Assembly (NCBI RefSeq): GCF_003334405.1
Contig: NZ_QOWM01000017.1
Length of the DNA: 64,000 nt
DNA from: Escherichia coli
GTDB lineage: Bacteria; Pseudomonadota; Gammaproteobacteria; Enterobacterales; Enterobacteriaceae
Direction: 5' to 3' (one strand)
The position numbers were made by a program, and so were the translations under genes. This document shows, piece by piece, positions 22,675-33,091 of the stretch. The notes beneath the pieces are model-generated. The model was not told where the DNA came from. It saw nothing but the letters and a program-made list of their open reading frames with translations, and ran no database searches. The first letter of the stretch is position 1, and the number at the start of each line of letters is the position of its first letter.

Positions 22675-25236
22675 TTACACCAGGCTCTTCAAGCGATAAA
22701 TCCACTCCAGCGCCTGACGCGGGGTGAGTGAATCCGGATCAAGATTTTCCAGAGCTTCGACCGCAGGCGAAGTTTCTTCTGGTACTGACAGCAAAGACAT
22801 TTGCGTACCATCCACTTGCGTAGCGGCGGCGTTCGGCGAAATGCTTTCCAGCTCACGCAGCTTTTGCCGTGCGCGCTTAATAACCTCTTTTGGCACGCCT
22901 GCCAGAGCTGCAACCGCCAGGCCGTAGCTTTTGCTCGCCGCGCCATCCTGCACGCTGTGCATAAAGGCAATGGTGTCGCCGTGCTCCAGTGCATCGAGAT
23001 GCACGTTAGCGACGCCTTCCATTTTCTCCGGTAACTGGGTCAGCTCGAAATAGTGGGTAGCAAATAACGTCAATGCCTTAATCTTATTCGCCAGATTTTC
23101 CGCGCACGCCCACGCCAGCGACAGACCATCGTAGGTGGACGTTCCACGCCCGATCTCATCCATTAACACCAGACTGTATTCGGTGGCGTTATGTAAAATA
23201 TTGGCGGTTTCAGTCATCTCCACCATAAAGGTTGAGCGCCCGGACGCCAGGTCATCTGCCGCGCCTACGCGGGTAAAGATGCGATCGATAGGTCCAATCT
23301 CGACTTTTTGTGCCGGTACATAGCTGCCGATGTAGGCCATCAGCGCAATCAGTGCGGTCTGGCGCATATAGGTACTTTTACCGCCCATGTTCGGACCGGT
23401 GATGATCAACATGCGGCGCTGCGGCGACAGATTCAGCGGGTTGGCGATAAATGGCTCATTCAGTACTTGTTCAACTACCGGATGGCGACCTTCGGTAATG
23501 CGAATGCCCGGTTTATCAATGAAGGTCGGGCAGGTGTAGTTCAGGGTATAGGCCCGTTCCGCCAGGTTAACCAGCACGTCGAGTTCCGCCAGCGCGCTCG
23601 CGCTCTGTTGCAACGCTTCCAGATGCGGCAACAGCAGGTCGAACAGCTCTTCATAAAGCTGTTTTTCCAGTGCCAGTGCTTTGCCTTTTGAGGTGAGAAC
23701 TTTATCTTCGTACTCTTTTAGCTCTGGAATGATGTAGCGCTCGGCGTTTTTCAGCGTCTGGCGACGCATGTAGTTGATGGGTGCCAGATGGCTTTGCCCA
23801 CGGCTGATTTGAATGTAGTAGCCGTGCACCGCATTAAAGCCAACTTTCAGCGTGTCCAGGCCGGTACGTTCACGCTCGCGGACTTCCAGACGCTCCAGAT
23901 AATCGGTCGCGCCGTCAGCCAGCGCGCGCCACTCATCCAGCTCTTCGTTATAGCCCGATGCGATAACACCACCGTCGCGTACCAGCACCGGCGGTGTGTC
24001 GATGATTGCTCGCTCCAGCAGATCGCGCAGCTCGGCAAACTCGCCCATCTTCTCACGTAGCGCCTGTACCGGTGCACTATCGACAGTTTCTAACTGCGCA
24101 CGCAGCTCCGGCAGTTGCTGGAAAGCGTGGCGCATACGGGCCAGATCGCGTGGGCGAGCAGTTCGTAAAGCCAGACGTGCCAGAATACGTTCCAGGTCGC
24201 CGACCTGACGCAGTACCGGCTGTAGCCCGGCGGTGAAATCCTGCAATGCGCCAATAGTTTGCTGGCGCTCAAGCAACACGCGGGTATCGCGCACTGGCAT
24301 ATGCAGCCAGCGTTTCAGCATACGGCTGCCCATCGGCGTGACGGTGCAGTCGAGCACAGAAGCCAGCGTATTTTCCGCACCACCCGCCAGGTTCTGGGTG
24401 ATTTCCAGATTACGACGCGTCGCGGCATCCATAATGATGCTGTCCTGCTCACGTTCCATGGTGATGGAACGAATATGCGGCAGAGTCGTACGTTGGGTAT
24501 CTTTCGCATACTGCAACAGACAACCGGCAGCACAAAGTCCGCGCGGCGCGTTCTCGACGCCAAAACCGACCAGATCGCGGGTCCCAAATTGCAGATTCAA
24601 CTGCTGGCGCGCGGTGTCGATTTCAAACTCCCACAGCGGGCGACGGCGCAGGCCGCGACGGCCTTCAATTAACGACATTTCAGCAAAATCTTCTGCATAC
24701 AGCAGTTCCGCAGGATTAGTGCGTTGCAGTTCTGCCGCCATCGTTTCGCGGTCAGCCGGTTCGCTCAGGCGAAAACGCCCGGAACTGATATCCAGCGTCG
24801 CGTAGCCGAAACCTTTGCTGTCCTGCCAGATAGCCGCCAGCAGGTTGTCCTGACGCTCCTGCAACAGGGCTTCATCGCTGATGGTGCCTGGCGTAACGAT
24901 ACGCACAACTTTGCGCTCAACCGGACCTTTGCTGGTCGCCGGATCGCCAATTTGTTCGCAGATGGCAACGGACTCTCCCTGATTCACCAGTTTGGCGAGA
25001 TAGTTTTCCACCGCATGGTAGGGAATCCCCGCCATCGGGATCGGCTCTCCCGCCGAAGCACCGCGTTTGGTCAGTGAAATATCCAGCAGTTGCGACGCGC
25101 GTTTTGCGTCGTCATAAAACAGTTCATAAAAATCACCCATCCGGTAAAACAGCAGGATCTCGGGATGCTGGGCTTTCAGCCTGAGATACTGCTGCATCAT
25201 GGGCGTATGGGCGTCGAAATTTTCTATTGCACTCAT
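22675..25236 (-). CDS. mutS: DNA mismatch repair protein MutS
   Basis: Track ORF 853 aa; Walker [10 protein letters not shown]; full-length. Confidence 0.97.
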   Translation of the reverse strand: MSAIENFDAHTPMMQQYLRLKAQHPEILLFYRMGDFYELFYDDAKRASQLLDISLTKRGASAGEPIPMAGIPYHAVENYLAKLVNQGESVAICEQIGDPATSKGPVERKVVRIVTPGTISDEALLQERQDNLLAAIWQDSKGFGYATLDISSGRFRLSEPADRETMAAELQRTNPAELLYAEDFAEMSLIEGRRGLRRRPLWEFEIDTARQQLNLQFGTRDLVGFGVENAPRGLCAAGCLLQYAKDTQRTTLPHIRSITMEREQDSIIMDAATRRNLEITQNLAGGAENTLASVLDCTVTPMGSRMLKRWLHMPVRDTRVLLERQQTIGALQDFTAGLQPVLRQVGDLERILARLALRTARPRDLARMRHAFQQLPELRAQLETVDSAPVQALREKMGEFAELRDLLERAIIDTPPVLVRDGGVIASGYNEELDEWRALADGATDYLERLEVRERERTGLDTLKVGFNAVHGYYIQISRGQSHLAPINYMRRQTLKNAERYIIPELKEYEDKVLTSKGKALALEKQLYEELFDLLLPHLEALQQSASALAELDVLVNLAERAYTLNYTCPTFIDKPGIRITEGRHPVVEQVLNEPFIANPLNLSPQRRMLIITGPNMGGKSTYMRQTALIALMAYIGSYVPAQKVEIGPIDRIFTRVGAADDLASGRSTFMVEMTETANILHNATEYSLVLMDEIGRGTSTYDGLSLAWACAENLANKIKALTLFATHYFELTQLPEKMEGVANVHLDALEHGDTIAFMHSVQDGAASKSYGLAVAALAGVPKEVIKRARQKLRELESISPNAAATQVDGTQMSLLSVPEETSPAVEALENLDPDSLTPRQALEWIYRLKSLV

Positions 25237-25482
25237 GGGGTTATGTCCGGTTCCCTGATATTAAATGGGGTGTGATGGTTTTTATTTTCGTTGTAATCAC
25301 ATAAGGCGCACATGATACCGGAGTTAATCATTTCAGGGGAAGAAGCGAACGGCGAGTTCTTGATGCTGGTTCCGGGAAAGATGCTGTTTTGCAGCTTTTG
25401 CGTGATGCTTATGAAGCAAGTACGCAAAATTGTATCGGTTGGCTAACCCTTCTTCTTTGGAGTCATAGTGCCCTTTAAGATT

Positions 25483-25505
25483 AAGATGTAATATAAATAC
25501 ATCTT
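25483..25505. promoter_or_regulatory. NsrR-type operator palindrome upstream of ygbA
   Basis: AAGATGTAATATAAATACATCTT (AAGATGTA ... TACATCTT inverted repeat) 18 bp upstream of the ygbA start; ygbA is a known NsrR target. Confidence 0.55.
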
Positions 25506-25522
25506 AATGAGGTGGAGGCAGC

Positions 25523-25876
25523 ATGTCCGGCAAGCGTATCTCTCGTGAAAAACTGACGATTAAAAAAATGATCGATCTTTATCAAGCGAAATGCCCGCAG
25601 GCGTCAGCGGAGCCGGAGCATTACGAGGCGTTGTTTGTTTACGCGCAAAAGCGGCTGGATAAATGTGTGTTCGGCGAAGAGAAACCAGCCTGTAAGCAGT
25701 GTCCGGTGCACTGTTACCAGCCTGCAAAGCGTGAAGAGATGAAACAGATTATGCGTTGGGCCGGGCCGAGAATGCTGTGGCGTCATCCGATCTTAACCGT
25801 GCGTCATCTCATCGATGACAAGCGTCCGGTGCCAGAACTGCCGGAAAAATATCGTCCGAAAAAACCTCATGAATAG
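25523..25876 (+). CDS. ygbA: NO-responsive small protein YgbA (117 aa)
   Basis: Track ORF; conserved position between mutS and fhlA. Confidence 0.85.
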   Translation: MSGKRISREKLTIKKMIDLYQAKCPQASAEPEHYEALFVYAQKRLDKCVFGEEKPACKQCPVHCYQPAKREEMKQIMRWAGPRMLWRHPILTVRHLIDDKRPVPELPEKYRPKKPHE

Positions 25877-25912
25877 TATGCCGGACAGGCAGATCTGTCC
25901 GGCAATTTGCAG

Positions 25913-27991
25913 TTAAATCAATGCCGATTTATCAATTCCCAGCCGCTTCATCCGTGACAGCAGGGTCGTGCGTTTCAGCCCCAGACGTTGCGCAGCGCCT
26001 TTAGGCCCGGCAACCACGCCGTTGGTTTCTTTCAGCACGCGCACAATCAACTGATATTCATCTTCGCCCTCCAGGGCGACAACCGTTGCGGCAGGCGGCG
26101 TTTCAGGTTCCGGTAAAACAATATCTGGCAATGACAGCTGCAGCACGTTACCGCGTGTTAGCAATACCGCGCGCTCAATGACGTTTTCCAGTTCGCGTAC
26201 GTTACCCGGCCACTCCATGTTGCTCAAGGTGCGCAGCGTCTCGGCAGGAATGCTGTCGATATTGCGCCCCAGACGACGGGCAATTTTGAAGGTAAAGGCT
26301 TTCGCCAGCAGCGGAATATCTTCCGGACGCTCGCGTAGTGGCGGCAGGTGAATCGGGAATACGTTCAGGCGGTAATAGAGATCGCTACGGAACTCACGGT
26401 CGGCGACCATTTTTTTCAGATCGCGGTTAGTCGCGGCGATTAGACGCACGTCCGTCTGAATGATTTTGTTGCTGCCGAGACGTTCAAACTCCTGTTCCTG
26501 CAATACACGCAGCAACTTCGGCTGTAACTCCAGTGGCATATCGCCCACTTCGTCGAGGAACAGGGAGCTTTTATCCGCCAGTTCAAAACGACCGATACGC
26601 TGGGCGCTGGCACCGGTAAAAGCCCCACGCTCATGACCAAACAGATCGCTTTCCAGCAATCCGGCAGGCATCGCCGCGCAGTTCATTTTGACCATGCGGC
26701 GATTATTACGCCCACTGAGATTATGGATCGCACGGGCAATCAGCTCTTTACCCGTGCCAGTTTCACCGAGGATCAGCACGGTACTGTCACTTTGCGCCAC
26801 CATTTCAACTTGTTTAAGCACGCTGTACATGGCTTCGCTGCGGCCAATAATCTCGCCAAATTCACTATCAACATTGTTGAGCTGCTCGGTCAGGGCGAGG
26901 TTTTCATCAACCAGCCGTTCTTTCAGACGATGGATTTCCTGATAGGCGAGGGCGTTATCGACAGCGATTGCCACACGTTCGGCAATCTGGCGCAGTAAAT
27001 TCAGATTGGTAGTGGTAAACACTTTCTCTTCGCATTGCGCCAGTTTCAGCACGCCCAGCATGGTGTCGCCAGACATCAGCGGTAACAGGCACAAGGTTTG
27101 AATCTGGTTGCCCCAGGTGTCGAACAACATGCGTTCATAGGGGGCTAAATCGTCCCGCTCGTGGAGATTGATCAGCAGCATCTCTTTACTTTTGAACACG
27201 CGTTCGGTGAGGGTTCCGGCTTCATCGACTTCGCTCTGTTCGTGGGCGGGATGCTGTTTATCAAGATAGTGAGTGGAGTAGATGTTGAGTTTGTTTTTAC
27301 GGTGGCTGCGTAAGACGATACTGATATCGTCAATGTCGAAATAGTAATGGATTTCTTTGGCGACTTCGCTGACCAGTTCGTCCATATCCAGGCGGGAAAG
27401 CACCGCGTTGGTGATGGCGACCAGGATGCGGAAGTTATCGCGTTCCCGGCATAACAACTCATAGTCGACATTGTTAACGACGCGGCTCTGGATTTGTTCG
27501 GTGACGACAGAAACGATCTGCGTAAATGTTTGCAGACGATTGAACTCTTTTTCGCTCCAGGGGCGATCGTCATAACGAATAAATTCACAGCCACCAAAAA
27601 TATGCCCTTCCGCCGCCAGTGGCATCAGGCAATAGTGACCAAATTTTGGGTATAGCCCACCTGCGTCCAGCTGCGGCCAGGTTTCACAAAATTCTTCGTA
27701 ACTGCAATGCAGCGTATCAGGGCGCGACAAAATGCTGCGTACCGGACCGTGTGCCAGAACAGTTTCGTCTTCATATTTAATGGGGGTGTCTTTTTCACGC
27801 GACGCGTAATAAGACGCACGTTGAGTCTGCGCTTGCCACAACACAATAGCCGCGTTGTCGGCGAGCGCAGAACGCTTTACCAGTTGCGAAAGAGCCTCAC
27901 ACAGCGAGGCCAGATCGGGCTGCTGCAATAGTGTCCGAGTGATGTCGAACAACCCTTGTTGTCCGAGATCACTCATCGGTGTATATGACAT
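25913..27991 (-). CDS. fhlA: Formate hydrogenlyase transcriptional activator FhlA (sigma54 enhancer-binding protein)
   Basis: Track ORF 25913..28027; start moved to the ATG giving MSYTPMSDLGQQGLF (692 aa); AAA+ motifs GETGTGKE and GAFTGA, C-terminal HTH. Confidence 0.95.
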   Translation of the reverse strand: MSYTPMSDLGQQGLFDITRTLLQQPDLASLCEALSQLVKRSALADNAAIVLWQAQTQRASYYASREKDTPIKYEDETVLAHGPVRSILSRPDTLHCSYEEFCETWPQLDAGGLYPKFGHYCLMPLAAEGHIFGGCEFIRYDDRPWSEKEFNRLQTFTQIVSVVTEQIQSRVVNNVDYELLCRERDNFRILVAITNAVLSRLDMDELVSEVAKEIHYYFDIDDISIVLRSHRKNKLNIYSTHYLDKQHPAHEQSEVDEAGTLTERVFKSKEMLLINLHERDDLAPYERMLFDTWGNQIQTLCLLPLMSGDTMLGVLKLAQCEEKVFTTTNLNLLRQIAERVAIAVDNALAYQEIHRLKERLVDENLALTEQLNNVDSEFGEIIGRSEAMYSVLKQVEMVAQSDSTVLILGETGTGKELIARAIHNLSGRNNRRMVKMNCAAMPAGLLESDLFGHERGAFTGASAQRIGRFELADKSSLFLDEVGDMPLELQPKLLRVLQEQEFERLGSNKIIQTDVRLIAATNRDLKKMVADREFRSDLYYRLNVFPIHLPPLRERPEDIPLLAKAFTFKIARRLGRNIDSIPAETLRTLSNMEWPGNVRELENVIERAVLLTRGNVLQLSLPDIVLPEPETPPAATVVALEGEDEYQLIVRVLKETNGVVAGPKGAAQRLGLKRTTLLSRMKRLGIDKSALI

Positions 27992-28064
27992 TTTGTTCTT
28001 CCAGGAAAGCACCGCAAAGCGGTGCAAAAGGTCATTGACTAACTATAGGAGATTTAGAATTTTA

Positions 28065-29075
28065 TTAGCATATACGCGGAAGCGGTTCGGCGTGTGGTAA
28101 ATCGAGGGTTCGTTTCACGCCATACAGACCGGCAAGACGAACACCTTTACGTTCCACCACTTCACCAATCAGCGCCGCGTCTTTCCCCAGTGGATGGGAA
28201 TGTAACGCTGCCAGCACTTGCTCTGCCGCGTTGCGTTCAACAGCTATTACTAGTTTGCCTTCGTTGGCAAAGTTCAGGGCGTCCAGTCCCAGCAATTCGC
28301 AAACGCCACGCACGGCAGGTTTAACAGGCAGTGCCGCTTCTGAAAGTTCAATACCACAACCGCAGGCTGCCGCGAACTCATGAACCACCGCGTTTACACC
28401 ACCACGGGTGGCATCACGCAGCGCTTTCACGCCGGGAATGTCACGCAGCGTCTGAATAAGCGGCGTCAGCACCGCGCAGTCGCTGACCAGTTCGCCATCC
28501 AGCCCCAGCTGCTCACGCAGGTTAAGGATAGTCGCCCCGTGGTCGCCGAGTGTACCGCTCACCAGCAATACATCGCCTGCGGTTAGCGTCTGTGCGCCCC
28601 AGTGAATATTCGCCGGAATTGCGCCCATGCCAGCGGTGTTGATAAACAGTTTATCTACCGCGCCGCGCTGCACCACTTTAGTATCGCCAGTAACGATGGC
28701 AATGCCTGCCGCGCGGGCGGTTTCTGCCATGCTGGTCACTACGGCTTTCAGTGTCTCCATCGGCAATCCTTCTTCGAGGATAAAGCCACAGGAGAGATAG
28801 CGCGGAATAGCGCCACTGACCGCAACGTCATTGGCTGTGCCGCAAATCGCCAGCTTGCCGATATTACCGCCAGGGAAGAACAGCGGGTCAATAACGTAAC
28901 TGTCGGTGGAGAACGCCAGACGGTCGCCTTCCGCTACCAGCTGCGCCAGATCAAGACGTGCCTGATCTTCCTGCTCTGCCAGCCACGGGTTGGCAAAGGC
29001 TTCCATAAACAGGCTGTTGATTAATTGCTGCATCGCCTGGCCGCCGCTACCGTGGGCGAGTTGGATATTATTCAC
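28065..29075 (-). CDS. hypE: Hydrogenase maturation protein HypE
   Basis: Track ORF 336 aa; ends in the conserved C-terminal Cys (…PRIC). Confidence 0.95.
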   Translation of the reverse strand: MNNIQLAHGSGGQAMQQLINSLFMEAFANPWLAEQEDQARLDLAQLVAEGDRLAFSTDSYVIDPLFFPGGNIGKLAICGTANDVAVSGAIPRYLSCGFILEEGLPMETLKAVVTSMAETARAAGIAIVTGDTKVVQRGAVDKLFINTAGMGAIPANIHWGAQTLTAGDVLLVSGTLGDHGATILNLREQLGLDGELVSDCAVLTPLIQTLRDIPGVKALRDATRGGVNAVVHEFAAACGCGIELSEAALPVKPAVRGVCELLGLDALNFANEGKLVIAVERNAAEQVLAALHSHPLGKDAALIGEVVERKGVRLAGLYGVKRTLDLPHAEPLPRIC

Positions 29076-30193
29076 GCTTCACTCTCCTGCTGACGATACT
29101 GATACCACGCGGCGCACGCTCCTTCGGAGGAAACCATCAGCGCACCAAACGCGGTTTGAGGATTACAGGTGTTACCAAACAGCGGGCATTGATGCGGCTT
29201 ACATTTGCCCGTTAATACCTCACCACAACGCGCGCGCGGGTCATCGCAGACCTGCTGCGGTGCCGGGCGGAAATGTGCTTCGGCATCGAATCGTTGATAA
29301 TCCGGCGTCAGGTGCACGCCAGAAGATTCAATCACGCCTAAGCCGCGCCATTCGCTGTCGCCGTTGACACAGAACACATCGGCAATCGCCTGTTGCGCCA
29401 GCAGGTTACCGGCATCCGGTACCACTCGACGATACTGATTCTCTACCTTGCTGTGGGCCGCTATTTTCTGCTGCACCAGCATGACCACGCCTTGTAGTAG
29501 ATCAAGGGGTTCGAATCCAGCAACCACCAGCGGACGATGAAAATCGCTGGCGATAAAATTATAGGCGTCGGTGCCGATAACCATACTGACGTGACCCGGC
29601 GCGAGGAACGCATCGATACCGTTATCCGGCTGTTCCAGCAAACTGCGCAACGTCGGGATAAGCGTAATGTGCTGGCAGAAGAAGTAAAAATTCTGCACAT
29701 CACGCGCTTTCGCCTGTTGCAGAGTGATAGCGGTGGTCGGCATAGTGGTTTCAAAACCTAAGCCGAAGAACACCACTTTGCGGGTTGGATTCTCCTGCGC
29801 CAGTTTCAACGCATCCATCGGCGAGTAAACGATGCGCACATCGGCACCGCGTGCTTTTGCCTGCAACAGCGATCCCTGTTTCCCCGGCACGCGCATGGCG
29901 TCGCCAAAGGTACAGAAGATGACTTCCGGATGGCTGGCAATCTCCACGCAGGTGTCGATTCTACCCATCGGCAGTACGCACACCGGGCACCCCGGACCGT
30001 GGATAAACTCAACGTTTTCCGGCAGTAACTGGTCGAGGCCGAATTTAAAGATAGCGTGGGTATGACCGCCACACACTTCCATAATCCGCAGAGGGCGTTC
30101 GGCGGTGTAAGAGAGATGTGAAGCACGTTCGCGCAGATGCTCAATTAACTGCATCACCTGTTCCGGCGCGCGATATTCATCAACAAAACGCAT
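29072..30193 (-). CDS. hypD: Hydrogenase maturation Fe-S protein HypD
   Basis: Track ORF 373 aa; CGGHTH and GPGCPVC motifs. Confidence 0.95.
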   Translation of the reverse strand: MRFVDEYRAPEQVMQLIEHLRERASHLSYTAERPLRIMEVCGGHTHAIFKFGLDQLLPENVEFIHGPGCPVCVLPMGRIDTCVEIASHPEVIFCTFGDAMRVPGKQGSLLQAKARGADVRIVYSPMDALKLAQENPTRKVVFFGLGFETTMPTTAITLQQAKARDVQNFYFFCQHITLIPTLRSLLEQPDNGIDAFLAPGHVSMVIGTDAYNFIASDFHRPLVVAGFEPLDLLQGVVMLVQQKIAAHSKVENQYRRVVPDAGNLLAQQAIADVFCVNGDSEWRGLGVIESSGVHLTPDYQRFDAEAHFRPAPQQVCDDPRARCGEVLTGKCKPHQCPLFGNTCNPQTAFGALMVSSEGACAAWYQYRQQESEA

Positions 30194-30465
30194 TATTTTT
30201 CCTCGCCATACAACAGCGCGCCGACATCCGGCTCAACGTCAAACATGTTTTGTAAGGCGTCGAGAGTGTCGCGTGCTTCGGCTTCATTAATTACGCTCAT
30301 GGCAAAGCCAACGTGTACCAGTACCCACTGGCCCACGCGCGGCTGACCGTTTTCATCGCAGCTGCCGACTAACGTTAAATCGACATCGCGCTGAATGCCG
30401 CAGACGTCGACTTTCGCCTGGTTGCCGTCAATGGTGCGGATCTGGCCGGGAACGCCTATGCACAT
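30193..30465 (-). CDS. hypC: Hydrogenase maturation chaperone HypC (90 aa)
   Basis: Track ORF 30193..30492; start moved to the ATG giving the conserved MC(I/L)GVPGQ N-terminus. Confidence 0.9.
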   Translation of the reverse strand: MCIGVPGQIRTIDGNQAKVDVCGIQRDVDLTLVGSCDENGQPRVGQWVLVHVGFAMSVINEAEARDTLDALQNMFDVEPDVGALLYGEEK

Positions 30466-31328
30466 CGCTGTGTCTCCAGCCAGTTCAGCCACTGGTCCAT
30501 CCCTTCGCCGCTGGTGGCGGAAATAAGGATGATTTCAATTTCTGGATTGACTTCGCGGGCGCAGGCGATGCACTTTTCAACGTCAAAGTTGAGATACGGC
30601 AACAGGTCAACTTTGTTGAGCAGCATCAGCGAGGCGGCGGCAAACATATGCGGATATTTCAGCGGTTTGTCTTCACCTTCGGTAACGGAAAGCACCGCCA
30701 CTTTGTGTTTTTCACCGAGATCGAAGCTGGCCGGGCATACGAGGTTGCCAACGTTTTCGATAAACAGAATACCGTTATCGTCCAGTGGCAGACGCGGTGC
30801 GGCGTCGGCAATCATCTGTGCGTCAAGATGGCAGCCTTTACCGGTGTTCACCTGAATCGCTGGTGTGCCGGTAGCGCGAATGCGTGCGGCATCGTTCACG
30901 GTTTGCTGGTCGCCTTCAATAACTGCGCACGGAACGCTGTCTTTCAGGCGCATTAGGGTTTCCGTCAGCAGGGTGGTTTTACCGGAACCAGGGCTGGAAA
31001 CCAGGTTGAGCACCAGTTGCTTGCGGGCAGCAAAGCGCGCGCGGTTGCGTTCAGCCAGACGGTTATTTTTGTCCAGCACGTCAATTTCGACTTCCAGCAT
31101 CCGACGCTGGCTCATGCCCGGTGCGTGAGTGCCCGCTTCGCCATGACCGTAATGCAGGTCGCCTTCTTCAGTCTGGCTGGGGGTAAATTCAGGCGCTTTA
31201 ATGCCGGTGATTTTCATCTTCGGGCGTGCCGCCGGGGCAAATGGCGCGCTACGAAACGCGGAATGAGGGTTATGTTCATCACCCTCGATATACAGGTTGC
31301 CTTCACCGCAACCGCATGTTGTACACAT
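30456..31328 (-). CDS. hypB: Hydrogenase nickel incorporation GTPase HypB
   Basis: Track ORF 290 aa; N-terminal [10 protein letters not shown] metal-binding motif, GTPase P-loop GSGKTT. Confidence 0.95.
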   Translation of the reverse strand: MCTTCGCGEGNLYIEGDEHNPHSAFRSAPFAPAARPKMKITGIKAPEFTPSQTEEGDLHYGHGEAGTHAPGMSQRRMLEVEIDVLDKNNRLAERNRARFAARKQLVLNLVSSPGSGKTTLLTETLMRLKDSVPCAVIEGDQQTVNDAARIRATGTPAIQVNTGKGCHLDAQMIADAAPRLPLDDNGILFIENVGNLVCPASFDLGEKHKVAVLSVTEGEDKPLKYPHMFAAASLMLLNKVDLLPYLNFDVEKCIACAREVNPEIEIILISATSGEGMDQWLNWLETQRCA

Positions 31329-31331
31329 CGC

Positions 31332-31682
31332 TCACTCCTGGTCTATTTCTATCCGCCGAATCTGTAAACCGTCGTCTGCCACAATCTGCAGCATGTCACC
31401 ATGACACTGTGGACAGCGGCGGACGCGCTGGGTCAGTAGCGTCACATACTGTTGGCATGTTTCACACCAGCATTCGGCCTCTTGTTCTTCGAGGTGCAGT
31501 TTACAACCTTCCGCCACGCTGCCGCGGCAAACCAGATCAAAACAAAAGGCAAGAGAGCTGGTTTCGACACAAGAAAATGCGCCAATTTTGAGCCAGACCC
31601 CAGTTACGCGTTTTGCGCCGTGTTTTGCGGCCTGCTGTTCGATCAATTCCAGTGCCCGTTGGCAGAGGGTTATTTCGTGCAT
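31332..31682 (-). CDS. hypA: Hydrogenase nickel insertion protein HypA (116 aa)
   Basis: Track ORF 31332..31694; start moved to MHEITLCQ (conserved HypA N-terminus); zinc-finger CxxC...CxxC. Confidence 0.9.
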   Translation of the reverse strand: MHEITLCQRALELIEQQAAKHGAKRVTGVWLKIGAFSCVETSSLAFCFDLVCRGSVAEGCKLHLEEQEAECWCETCQQYVTLLTQRVRRCPQCHGDMLQIVADDGLQIRRIEIDQE

Positions 31683-31712
31683 ATCGCCTCCCATTAACTA
31701 TTGCCAGCTACA

Positions 31713-31729
31713 AGCAATAATTGTGCCAG
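31713..31729 (-). promoter_or_regulatory. Candidate sigma54 (-24/-12) promoter of the hyp operon
   Basis: Minus-strand reading CTGGCACAATTATTGCT (GG-N10-GC) ~35 bp upstream of the hypA start. Confidence 0.5.
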
Positions 31730-31750
31730 TGTTGATTATCCCTGCGGTGA

Positions 31751-31800
31751 ATAATGTCGATGATGTCGAAATGACACGTCGACACGGCGACGAAATTCAT
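31751..31800. promoter_or_regulatory. Candidate FhlA upstream activating sequence in the hyp-hyc divergent region
   Basis: ATAATGTCGATGATGTCGAAATGACACGTCGACACGGCGACGAAATTCAT; shares TGTCGATGA / TGTCGAAATGACA elements with two other sites in the window. Confidence 0.5.
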
Positions 31801-31840
31801 CTTTAGCTTAAAAATCTCTTTAATAACAATAAATTAAAAG

Positions 31841-31858
31841 TTGGCACAAAAAATGCTT
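31841..31858 (+). promoter_or_regulatory. Candidate sigma54 (-24/-12) promoter of the hyc operon
   Basis: TTGGCACAAAAAATGCTT (GG-N10-GC) ~40 bp upstream of the hycA start. Confidence 0.55.
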
Positions 31859-31893
31859 AAAGCTGGCATCTCTGTTAAACGGGTAACCTGACA

Positions 31894-32355
31894 ATGACTA
31901 TTTGGGAAATAAGCGAGAAAGCCGATTACATCGCACAGCGGCATCGTCGCCTACAGGACCAGTGGCACATCTACTGCAATTCGCTGGTTCAGGGGATCAC
32001 GTTATCGAAAGCGCGCCTGCATCACGCCATGAGCTGCGCGCCGGACAAAGAACTCTGTTTCGTCCTTTTTGAACATTTTCGCATTTACGTCACCCTGGCG
32101 GATGGCTTTAACAGCCACACCATCGAGTATTACGTCGAAACAAAAGATGGCGAAGACAAACAGCGGATTGCGCAGGCGCAACTGAGCATTGACGGCATGA
32201 TTGATGGCAAGGTCAACATCCGCGATCGCGAACAGGTTCTGGAACACTATCTCGAAAAAATCGCTGGCGTTTACGACAGCTTATACACCGCTATTGAAAA
32301 CAATGTGCCGGTGAATTTAAGCCAACTGGTAAAGGGACAAAGCCCGGCAGCATGA
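31894..32355 (+). CDS. hycA: Formate hydrogenlyase regulatory protein HycA
   Basis: Track ORF 153 aa; first gene of the hyc operon. Confidence 0.95.
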   Translation: MTIWEISEKADYIAQRHRRLQDQWHIYCNSLVQGITLSKARLHHAMSCAPDKELCFVLFEHFRIYVTLADGFNSHTIEYYVETKDGEDKQRIAQAQLSIDGMIDGKVNIRDREQVLEHYLEKIAGVYDSLYTAIENNVPVNLSQLVKGQSPAA

Positions 32356-32403
32356 GCTGAGGCTTTGCCCGTTTTGCAGGCGTTACGCCTGTTTGGGGAT
32401 GGG

Positions 32404-32460
32404 CGTGTCGATGAGTGTCGAAAATGACATTTCATCGGCATGTTTTCGTCAAAAATGACA
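32404..32460. promoter_or_regulatory. Candidate second FhlA UAS in the hycA-hycB spacer
   Basis: CGTGTCGATGAGTGTCGAAAATGACATTTCATCGGCATGTTTTCGTCAAAAATGACA, repeating the TGTCGATGA / TGTCGAAAATGACA elements. Confidence 0.5.
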
Positions 32461-32479
32461 ATCACCTGAGGAATGCCTG

Positions 32480-33091
32480 GTGAATCGTTTTGTAATTGCT
32501 GACTCCACGCTCTGTATCGGCTGCCACACTTGTGAGGCCGCCTGTTCAGAGACGCATCGCCAGCACGGCCTGCAATCAATGCCGCGCCTGAGAGTGATGC
32601 TGAATGAAAAAGAATCTGCGCCGCAGCTCTGTCACCACTGTGAAGATGCACCCTGCGCGGTGGTCTGCCCGGTTAACGCCATCACCCGCGTCGATGGGGC
32701 CGTGCAGTTGAATGAAAGCCTGTGCGTAAGCTGCAAGCTGTGCGGCATCGCCTGCCCGTTTGGCGCAATTGAATTTTCCGGCAGCCGTCCGCTGGATATT
32801 CCGGCAAACGCCAATACCCCGAAAGCGCCACCGGCACCGCCTGCTCCGGCGCGTGTCAGCACATTGCTTGACTGGGTGCCAGGTATTCGCGCGATCGCCG
32901 TCAAATGTGACCTTTGTAGCTTTGATGAACAAGGTCCGGCCTGCGTGCGGATGTGCCCGACTAAAGCCCTGCATCTGGTGGATAACACCGATATCGCCCG
33001 CGTCAGCAAACGTAAGCGTGAGCTGACCTTTAACACGGACTTTGGCGATCTCACCTTGTTTCAGCAGGCTCAAAGTGGAGAGGCTAAATGA
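32480..33091 (+). CDS. hycB: Formate hydrogenlyase Fe-S subunit HycB (ferredoxin-like)
   Basis: Track ORF 203 aa; multiple CxxCxxCxxxCP clusters. Confidence 0.95.
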   Translation: MNRFVIADSTLCIGCHTCEAACSETHRQHGLQSMPRLRVMLNEKESAPQLCHHCEDAPCAVVCPVNAITRVDGAVQLNESLCVSCKLCGIACPFGAIEFSGSRPLDIPANANTPKAPPAPPAPARVSTLLDWVPGIRAIAVKCDLCSFDEQGPACVRMCPTKALHLVDNTDIARVSKRKRELTFNTDFGDLTLFQQAQSGEAK

